A stretch of DNA of 64,000 nt. Origin: Candidatus Levyibacteriota bacterium. Its GTDB lineage: Bacteria; Patescibacteriota; Microgenomatia; Levybacterales; UBA12049. The notes under the pieces were generated by a model. The model had not been told where the DNA came from. It made no database searches and saw only the letters and a list, made by a program, of their open reading frames with translations. A program made the translations under genes and the position numbers. Shown piece by piece: positions 57,295 through 64,000 of the stretch (positions within the stretch are counted from its first letter, which is position 1; each line of letters starts with the position of its first letter). The DNA lies in NCBI GenBank assembly GCA_043807135.1, contig JAZDGF010000003.1:8516-72515 (forward strand), read 5' to 3'.

Positions 57295-58218
57295 CTAATT
57301 TATTAAAGTAATATCTTTTTCCTTAAGTTTTTCTTCAATTATTGTAATTGATTTACCACCCATATTCCTCATAGAAACTAGGTCTTTCCTTGAAGTCTCT
57401 ATTAATTGTCCTATTGTTTCAATGTCTCCGTTTCTTAAACTATTATAAATTCTTGTTGGAAGATCTAATTCATCAATTGTCATTTTTAGAATATTTTCTG
57501 CATATAGTTTATTAGATGTCTTGCTTTCTTGAATTGGAACTTCCTGAGGCTCAAAAACATGAGTGAAATAAGAAGCTAAAACTTTTGCCGCTTCATCAAG
57601 GGCTTCTTTAGGACCAATGACTCCACTTGTCCAAATATCAAGAGCTAATTTATCAAGATTTGTTTGTCTCCCAACACGAGTTGCGGAAACTTCATAGTTT
57701 ACTCTTTTAACAGGTGTAAAGATTGCATCTGTTGGTAAAACTCCTAAGGTACTTACTTTTTTATCTTCTGAAAGTGTATATCCAAATCCTTTTTCAATCG
57801 TAAGCTCCATTTCAAGCTTTCCTTTTTTATCCGTTAATGAACCTACATATGCATCATTATTTACAACTTCCACATCTTCCGGAAGATCAAAGTCTTTTGC
57901 TGTAATTTCTTTTGGTCCTTTTACCGATAGCTTTACCGTACTTGAAGTCTTAGAATCAAGAAGTTTAAAGTTTAATCCTTTAATGTTTATTAAAAGATCA
58001 ACAATATTTTCTTTAAGCCCAGGAACTGTTGAAAACTTATGCTTAACGCCTGCTATTTTTATTGAAGTAACAGCTGCTCCGGGAATAGAAACCATAAGAA
58101 TTCTTCTTAAGGCATTTCCTAAAGTATGACCATATCCTGGCTCTAAAGGTTCTATGATAAATCTTCCGAAATCGTCTGTTAATTTTTCTTCTTTAATTTT
58201 AAATGTCGGATTCGTCAT
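57295..58218 (-). CDS. rpoA: RNA polymerase alpha subunit
   Basis: EPLEPGYGHTLGNALRR, DAIFTPV; alpha-CTD IDELDLPTRIYNSL. Confidence 0.97.
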   Translation of the reverse strand: MTNPTFKIKEEKLTDDFGRFIIEPLEPGYGHTLGNALRRILMVSIPGAAVTSIKIAGVKHKFSTVPGLKENIVDLLINIKGLNFKLLDSKTSSTVKLSVKGPKEITAKDFDLPEDVEVVNNDAYVGSLTDKKGKLEMELTIEKGFGYTLSEDKKVSTLGVLPTDAIFTPVKRVNYEVSATRVGRQTNLDKLALDIWTSGVIGPKEALDEAAKVLASYFTHVFEPQEVPIQESKTSNKLYAENILKMTIDELDLPTRIYNSLRNGDIETIGQLIETSRKDLVSMRNMGGKSITIIEEKLKEKDITLIN

Positions 58219-58235
58219 AAGGTATTATTTTACCA

Positions 58236-58841
58236 TTATCTTGAATAATATTCAATAATCAATTGCACGTTGAACGGTAATTCCAAATCATCCTTTTTTG
58301 GCATCCTAATAAGCTTTCCTAATAGTTTATTCCTCTTAAGATAGGGTAATATATTTCCTTCTTTTTCTTCGGATGCAGTTTGCAATTGCGGATTATCTTT
58401 TATTTTATCTGAAACACTTATTTCATCCTCAACTTTTACCTGATAAGAAGGGATGTTAACTTTTTTTCCATTAACAAAAATGTGTCCGTGAGAGACAAAT
58501 TGTCTTGCATTCATTCTGGTCTTAGCAAAACCCAATCTGTAAACTAAATTATCAAGCCTTGTTTCAAGAAGTGAAAGTATCATTTCCCCTGTATCACCTT
58601 TTTTTGTCTGAACTGCTTTTACTAAATTTTTCAAATGTTTTTCTAAAAGACCATACATAATCTTTGCCTTTTGTTTTTCTTTCATTTGAAGTCCATATTC
58701 AGAAAGTCTTCTTTTTCTTTTTTTACCATGCATTCCAGGTGGAACATTTAACCTTCTTTGAAGACTTGCCGAGTTTTTATCTAAGAGGTTTACTCCTACT
58801 TTTCTTGCTAATTTATGTTTTGGTCCTGTATGTCTTGCCAT
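58236..58841 (-). CDS. rpsD: 30S ribosomal protein S4
   Basis: SEYGLQMKEKQK, LETRLDNLVYR, IIEYYSR. Confidence 0.97.
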   Translation of the reverse strand: MARHTGPKHKLARKVGVNLLDKNSASLQRRLNVPPGMHGKKRKRRLSEYGLQMKEKQKAKIMYGLLEKHLKNLVKAVQTKKGDTGEMILSLLETRLDNLVYRLGFAKTRMNARQFVSHGHIFVNGKKVNIPSYQVKVEDEISVSDKIKDNPQLQTASEEKEGNILPYLKRNKLLGKLIRMPKKDDLELPFNVQLIIEYYSR

Positions 58842-58846
58842 AAAAC

Positions 58847-59248
58847 TTAAACTCTTCTTTTCTTTTTTGCCCTTGGTCCGTTATGTGGAATTGGCGTAAT
58901 ATCTGCAATTAAAGAAATAGAAAGGCCTGATGCTTTTATTGCTCTTAAAGATGCATCTCTTCCTGATCCCGGGCCTTTTACGTAAACTTCTACTATTTTT
59001 AATCCTTTTTCAACAGCTTTCTTAGCAGCTGTCTCAACTGCTGTTGTTGCTGCAAATGGAGTTGATTTTCTTGTTCCTTTAAATCCGCTTGCTCCAGCTG
59101 AACCCCACGTAACAGTATCACCTTTATCGTTTGTAAAGGTAACTAGGGTATTATTAAAAGTTGCTGAAATAAAAACCTTTCCTTGCTCAGAAACTTTAAG
59201 GCTTGATTTTTTCTTTGCTTTTGCTGTTTTTGTTGCTTTTTTTGCCAT
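58847..59248 (-). CDS. rpsK: 30S ribosomal protein S11
   Basis: [27 protein letters not shown]. Confidence 0.97.
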   Translation of the reverse strand: MAKKATKTAKAKKKSSLKVSEQGKVFISATFNNTLVTFTNDKGDTVTWGSAGASGFKGTRKSTPFAATTAVETAAKKAVEKGLKIVEVYVKGPGSGRDASLRAIKASGLSISLIADITPIPHNGPRAKKKRRV

Positions 59249-59250
59249 TT

Positions 59251-59670
59251 TTATTTACCTCCGGGTTTTGTTTTTGCTGCAGTTACCCCCTCCATCTTTA
59301 CTGCCAATTCTTTCTTAATTGCTCCAATTGTAACTCTCTTACCTCTTTTGGTTCTAGCATTAGATCTTGTTCTTTGTCCTCTTACCGGTAAATTTTTGCC
59401 GTGTCTTATGCCTCTATAAGCACCAAGCTCTTTTAACCTTTTAATATTATTTAATATTTCAACTTTCAAATCTCCTTCTGTTTTATATGTTTCTAAGATT
59501 TTCTGGATTTTTTTTTGCTCATCTTCCGTAAGATCTTTAATTCTTTTTGAGCTTTCTACTTTTGCTTTTTCCAAAACTTTTACGACATTGTTTCTTCCAA
59601 TACCGTAAAGATAACTTAGTCCTATATCTACTCTTTTTTCATCTGGTAAGTTTATTCCGGAAATTCTCAT
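59251..59670 (-). CDS. rpsM: 30S ribosomal protein S13
   Basis: [30 protein letters not shown]. Confidence 0.97.
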   Translation of the reverse strand: MRISGINLPDEKRVDIGLSYLYGIGRNNVVKVLEKAKVESSKRIKDLTEDEQKKIQKILETYKTEGDLKVEILNNIKRLKELGAYRGIRHGKNLPVRGQRTRSNARTKRGKRVTIGAIKKELAVKMEGVTAAKTKPGGK

Positions 59671-59675
59671 ATAAA

Positions 59676-59789
59676 TTATCCTTGTCTTTGTTTGTGTCTT
59701 GGATTTTCACAAACAACCCTAACCACGCCTTTACGCTTAATAATTTTGCATTTTATACATCTTGGTTTTACACTTGCCTGTACTTTCAT
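59676..59789 (-). CDS. rpmJ: 50S ribosomal protein L36 (Zn-binding form)
   Basis: Manual translation [37 protein letters not shown]; below the ORF-track cutoff. Confidence 0.96.
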   Translation of the reverse strand: MKVQASVKPRCIKCKIIKRKGVVRVVCENPRHKQRQG

Positions 59790-60004
59790 TTTGATCTGTA
59801 TGTAATCCTTCCTTTGGTATTGTCATAAGCTGTCATTTCGAGCTTTACTTTGTCTCCAGGGAGAATTTTTATAAAGTTTTTTCTCATTTTCCCCGATAAG
59901 TGACAAAGGATTAAATTTCCATCGTCAAGTCTTACTCTAAATAGCGTATTTGGCAAGGACTCTTCCACAGCACCTTCCACTTCAAACGATCCTTGATGAG
60001 CCAT
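59786..60004 (-). CDS. infA: Translation initiation factor IF-1
   Basis: [31 protein letters not shown]. Confidence 0.97.
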   Translation of the reverse strand: MAHQGSFEVEGAVEESLPNTLFRVRLDDGNLILCHLSGKMRKNFIKILPGDKVKLEMTAYDNTKGRITYRSK

Positions 60005-60149
60005 AATAAAATAATTTTACGCCTAACCTATTCCTAACAACAAAATAAACATCCTCTTCTTATGCATTTATGCATTTTGAATTGGACTTTTATTAAAGAT
60101 TAGAAATTTCAAATGTAATTATAGCAAAAAGAAAGCTTATCTGCAATGA

Positions 60150-60917
60150 TTAGCTTGTTAAAATTACCGGTTCTTTTTTTGTAACTAGTACCGTTCTTTC
60201 AAAAAGACCTGAGACTTTTCCATCCTTAGTTTTAATTGTCCAACCGTCTTTTGTATATTTAATTTCTTTTTTACCCATATTGTAAATAACCTCAATTGCA
60301 ATAGTCATGCCTTCTCTAAGAAGAGGTGTTTTTTCAATCTTGCCGGTAAGAAAGCCAGGCACTTCGGGATATTCATGTAATTTTTTACCTACTCCATGTC
60401 CTATAAGTTCTTTAACGACAGAATAGTCATTTTTTTCTATGATATCTTGGATTGTTTTTGAAATATTTCCGACCCTGTTTCCCGCTTTTGCCTGTTTTAT
60501 AGCTTCATCTAAAGCATGTTTTCCTGTCTCTAAGAATTTGTCTATATTGTCGTTTCTTGGTTTAAATTTAGAACTTCGAATTCTTATAGTTTCTGACATG
60601 TCAGTAAAAAACCCGTCAAGATAAACTCCACAATCAATACCAAAAACGTCTCCCTCTTTTAATTTGTATTTCCCTGGCACTCCGTGAACAATAACATCAT
60701 TTGTAGATATGCAAGTAGCAAAGTTATATCCGTTTACTTTTTTAAAACCGGGAAAACCACTTTTTTTATAAATTAAACTATCTGCTAAGCGCTCAAGTTC
60801 AAGCTCTGATATTCCGGGTTTTGCATTTTCCAAGATCTTATGGACAACTTCTGCAAGTATTTTTCCACCCTTTTTCATTTTTTTTATCTCTTCTGGGGTT
60901 TTTACACTAATCATCAT
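60150..60917 (-). CDS. map: Methionine aminopeptidase type I
   Basis: CISTNDVIVHGVP, DCG, GHGVGKKLHE and AIE motifs. Confidence 0.95.
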   Translation of the reverse strand: MMISVKTPEEIKKMKKGGKILAEVVHKILENAKPGISELELERLADSLIYKKSGFPGFKKVNGYNFATCISTNDVIVHGVPGKYKLKEGDVFGIDCGVYLDGFFTDMSETIRIRSSKFKPRNDNIDKFLETGKHALDEAIKQAKAGNRVGNISKTIQDIIEKNDYSVVKELIGHGVGKKLHEYPEVPGFLTGKIEKTPLLREGMTIAIEVIYNMGKKEIKYTKDGWTIKTKDGKVSGLFERTVLVTKKEPVILTS

Positions 60918-61465
60918 GTAGAATCTAAGTTCGCAAGTAACTCATCTTGAATTTTTTTAATGCTATTTTCTCCATTTACTTTAATGAGTAGATCTTTCTC
61001 ATCAAAATACTTAAGAACTGAAAGTCTATCCTTATCCTGAATTTCTCGTCTTTTTTTAGTTACTTTAAGATCATCATCTTTTCTTCCTCTAAAAATGTAT
61101 CTTCTTTTCATTTCTTCTTGCGAAACATTCAGATAAAATACTTTGTCTACTTTTAAATCATTTTCTTTAAAATAATCGTTAAGAGCTTCCAAATCACCTT
61201 TGTTTGCCGGAAAATTATCTAAAATAAAATTTTTACCTGCCTTATCCATTTCTTTTTTTAAAAAATCAAACTTTAAAGAAACAGGAAGATGCATTCCTTC
61301 CATGCTGTACTTCCTAAACCCTTCAATAGCTCTCTTATCTCCTTTTTCATATGCTTTTCGAATTAAATTTCCCATCCCAAAGACAGGTATATTAAGTTTT
61401 TCTCCCAGTAGTTTTGCTTGTGTTCCCTTTCCAGAAAAAGGAGAACCAATAAATACAACAATCAT
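60914..61465 (-). CDS. Adenylate-kinase-like NMP kinase, divergent paralog
   Basis: P-loop GSPFSGKGT; LDNFP in place of LDGFPR; RGRKDD short LID. Confidence 0.75.
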   Translation of the reverse strand: MIVVFIGSPFSGKGTQAKLLGEKLNIPVFGMGNLIRKAYEKGDKRAIEGFRKYSMEGMHLPVSLKFDFLKKEMDKAGKNFILDNFPANKGDLEALNDYFKENDLKVDKVFYLNVSQEEMKRRYIFRGRKDDDLKVTKKRREIQDKDRLSVLKYFDEKDLLIKVNGENSIKKIQDELLANLDST

Positions 61466-61998
61466 TATTTCATCTTGGAGATAATTTTCCTGTAGATTTC
61501 CTCAATTGTTCTCTCTCCATCAATTTCAACCAAAAGTCTTTGCTTTTTGTAATATTCTAAAACCGGCTTTGAAAATAAATGAAAAAGCTTTATTCTTTTT
61601 CTAATCGCCTTTAAGGTACTATCTTCCCTATTATCATCTCTTTCTGAAAGCCTCCATAAAGCCTCTTTGTCTGAAACTTTAAGATAAATTACCTTATCAA
61701 TTCCGTTTTCAAATGCTTTTGCTTGAGTAATTGTTCTAGGAAAACCATCTAAAATATATCCCTTTTCATATATTGGTCTATGTAAATAATTACTTACAAT
61801 TTTTAAAACTTTATTGTCAGGAATTAAATATCCTGCATTCATGGTTTCTTTAATATAACGGCTCTCAGAGGTCTTTTCTTTTGCTATATCTCTAAAAATA
61901 TGGCCGGTTGAAAGATAAGGAACTCCCAGTTTTTTTGATAGTAAATTACCCTGTGTTGATTTTCCTGCACCCTGAATTCCAATTAATATTATTTTCAT
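61465..61998 (-). CDS. adk: Adenylate kinase (short LID)
   Basis: GIQGAGKST, STGHIFR, GYILDGFPR and RED motifs; follows secY. Confidence 0.88.
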   Translation of the reverse strand: MKIILIGIQGAGKSTQGNLLSKKLGVPYLSTGHIFRDIAKEKTSESRYIKETMNAGYLIPDNKVLKIVSNYLHRPIYEKGYILDGFPRTITQAKAFENGIDKVIYLKVSDKEALWRLSERDDNREDSTLKAIRKRIKLFHLFSKPVLEYYKKQRLLVEIDGERTIEEIYRKIISKMK

Positions 61999-61999
61999 A

Positions 62000-63286
62000 T
62001 TATTTTTTAAAACCTTCGTAATTTCTCATTACAAGCTGTGCTTCTATTGATTTTATCGTTTCAAGCACAACTGAAACAACAATCAAAATACTTGTACCCC
62101 CTAATACTAGATTTTGAATATTTGTAAATGTTTTTGCAATAATTGGAAAGATGGCAATCGTTCCCAAAAATACTGCTCCCGCCAAAGTTATGCGAGTTAA
62201 AATATAATTTAAGTAATTAGAAGTTGCTGTTCCTGGTCTAACTCCCGGAATAAATCCGCCGTATTTTTGAATTTCCCCTGCAATTTTTTTGGGATTAAAA
62301 ACTACTGCAGTATAAAAATAAGTAAAACCAACAACTAGAAGAAAGTAACTTAAGTTATAAATAATTCCATCGGGGTTAAACCAAGTTGTAATGGAAACTC
62401 CAACACTATGTAAAAGATTATTCGATGATGTAATTAAATAATTTGCAAAAAGAGAAGGCATCAAAACCAAAGAGACGGCAAAAATAATCGGTATTACTCC
62501 TGCTTGATTTAATCTTAAAGGTAGATGAGTTTGCTGACCTCCGTACATCTTATTTCCTCTTACTCTTTTTGCATAGTAAACGGTAATTTGTCTTGTTGCT
62601 TCATTAATCAAGACTATTGAAGCAATAACTGTAAGTCCCAATACTAAAAATACCGTTAGGTTTATAAAATTCTCTGCATTTACAGTTGATATTGTCTGAC
62701 CTAAAACAACCGGAAGTCTTCCGACAATTCCAGCAAAAATTAAAAGAGATATTCCGTTTCCTACCCCTTTTTCGGTTACCTGTTCTCCTAACCAAACTAA
62801 AAGCATTGTCCCTGCAACCATAGTAACTAAAAAAGAAATGAGGCTTATTGGGTTTAAATTTGAAATTATTCCCTGATTTCTTAGAAGAGCATACATTCCA
62901 ACTGCTTGTAAAACTGCCAAAGGAACAGTTAACATTCTTGTGTATTGATTTATTTTTTGCCTTCCTGATTCTCCTTCTTTAGAAAGTTCTTCAAGTTTTG
63001 GGAAAACCATAGTTAAAAGTTGAAGAATAATCGAGGCATTAATATACGGGTTTAATCCAAGCGCCATTACGGAGAAATTAGCAAGTGTTCCTCCTGAAAA
63101 AATATCTAAAAGGGAGAGAAATTGATTTTGACTAAAAAGTTCTTTTAGTTGAGCAATATTTACTCCTGAGACGGGGATATGAGCAAAGATTCTAAAGATT
63201 ACAAAGATCGCAGCTGTAAATAACAGTTTTTTTCGAACATCTGGTGATTTTACACTGTTTTTAAAAACAGCTAAAACATTATTCAT
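62000..63286 (-). CDS. secY: Preprotein translocase subunit SecY
   Basis: [40 protein letters not shown] and GGTSILI motifs. Confidence 0.98.
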   Translation of the reverse strand: MNNVLAVFKNSVKSPDVRKKLLFTAAIFVIFRIFAHIPVSGVNIAQLKELFSQNQFLSLLDIFSGGTLANFSVMALGLNPYINASIILQLLTMVFPKLEELSKEGESGRQKINQYTRMLTVPLAVLQAVGMYALLRNQGIISNLNPISLISFLVTMVAGTMLLVWLGEQVTEKGVGNGISLLIFAGIVGRLPVVLGQTISTVNAENFINLTVFLVLGLTVIASIVLINEATRQITVYYAKRVRGNKMYGGQQTHLPLRLNQAGVIPIIFAVSLVLMPSLFANYLITSSNNLLHSVGVSITTWFNPDGIIYNLSYFLLVVGFTYFYTAVVFNPKKIAGEIQKYGGFIPGVRPGTATSNYLNYILTRITLAGAVFLGTIAIFPIIAKTFTNIQNLVLGGTSILIVVSVVLETIKSIEAQLVMRNYEGFKK

Positions 63287-63288
63287 TG

Positions 63289-63735
63289 TTACTGTATTTC
63301 TACTTTTCCGCCTGCTCTAATTATCTTCTTTTCCGCCCCTTTTGTAACCGGAAGCATTACAGTAAGAGCTACTGTTAATTTTCCATCACCTAATATTTTT
63401 ACACCGTAAGTCAAAGCTTCTTCTTTGTTTACAATATTTTTATCTGTTAAGGATTTAATATCTACAATTGTATCTTTTTTTAATAAATTTAAAGCTTTAA
63501 CATTGATGCCAATTGGCTTTTTCTTAAAAACCTTATTCTTTCCTTTTCCTCTATGGAAGGGAAGTCTTTTTATTAGAGGAAGTGCTCCTCCTTCAAAATA
63601 GAGTGGAACTTTATTTCTTGATTTTTGCCCTTTTGTTCCTCTTCCAGCGGTTTTACTTCGACCAGATCCATGACCTTGCCCTAATCTTCTTTTTGATTTA
63701 GTTATAATTTTTTTTAAGCTATTTAAACTACTCAT
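63289..63735 (-). CDS. rplO: 50S ribosomal protein L15
   Basis: [34 protein letters not shown]. Confidence 0.97.
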   Translation of the reverse strand: MSSLNSLKKIITKSKRRLGQGHGSGRSKTAGRGTKGQKSRNKVPLYFEGGALPLIKRLPFHRGKGKNKVFKKKPIGINVKALNLLKKDTIVDIKSLTDKNIVNKEEALTYGVKILGDGKLTVALTVMLPVTKGAEKKIIRAGGKVEIQ

Positions 63736-64000
63736 TTCTTATTTACTCCTTTAATACTTTTCTCTCTGTAAAACCTTACCGAGATCTGTTTTAATGCTTC
63801 CATTGTTGCATAAACATTACTTGCTTGGTTATCCGTTCCTAGAACTTTAGACGATATATTTTGGATACCAGCAAGTGACACAACACTTCTAACAGCTCCC
63901 CCTGCGATAACTCCGCTTCCTGGAGGTGCCGGTTTTAACAAAACTCTTGCTGCTCCCAATTTAATTTTATATTCAAAAGGAATAGAGCCATTAATAATAG
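63732..64000 (-). CDS. rpsE: 30S ribosomal protein S5 (5' end outside the window)
   Basis: VLLKPAPPGSGVIAGGAVR...SKVLG; frame stays open to the window edge. Confidence 0.95.
   Translation of the reverse strand, partial: IINGSIPFEYKIKLGAARVLLKPAPPGSGVIAGGAVRSVVSLAGIQNISSKVLGTDNQASNVYATMEALKQISVRFYREKSIKGVNKK

Noticed and set aside
60005-60149. Structured leader upstream of infA
   Set aside because: A promoter (TGCTATAAT) is plausible, but the pairings are short and AU-only; not distinguishable from background.
2165-62795. Numerous other 60-146 aa ORFs overlapping annotated genes
   Set aside because: They lie antisense to or out of frame within well-supported genes, have shadow-like Phe/Ser/Leu/Ile-rich composition and show no motifs.

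Overview
Strongly AT-rich, gene-dense chromosomal core region of a bacterium using standard code 11 (TGA stops are used; RF2 with the SPF motif is present). The gene content points to Patescibacteria/CPR, probably Microgenomates: no rpmD between rpsE and rplO, class I LysRS, a short TsaB and an archaeal-type PPAT-DUF359 fusion. This taxonomic call is inference. The window holds recJ (partial), cca, metK, secDF, an ~11 kb nucleotide-sugar/glycosylation cluster, tsaE and a tsaC-tsaB fusion, ftsEX with an M23 peptidase, prfB, secA, serS, lysS, acs, greA, tsaD, rmuC, a UvrD-nuclease fusion, RNase P RNA, HU, rny, recX/recA, tRNA-Pro(GGG), uppS and the distal spc/alpha ribosomal operon. No CRISPR array, prophage or transposase was seen. 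The most unusual observations are: (1) an apparently self-contained transcription unit between serS and secA encoding a 9-aa peptide, MPKKKKKKK, behind a perfect Shine-Dalgarno in a largely leaderless-looking genome; (2) a circularly permuted M23 peptidase domain in the FtsEX partner; (3) TsaC-TsaB and PPAT-dephospho-CoA kinase fusions; (4) an atypical RNase P RNA; (5) a surface-protein gene split by one in-frame TAA; (6) structured leaders upstream of rny and greA, and an inverted heptamer-repeat element between rpoA and rplQ. All calls come from reading motifs by eye; no searches were run.
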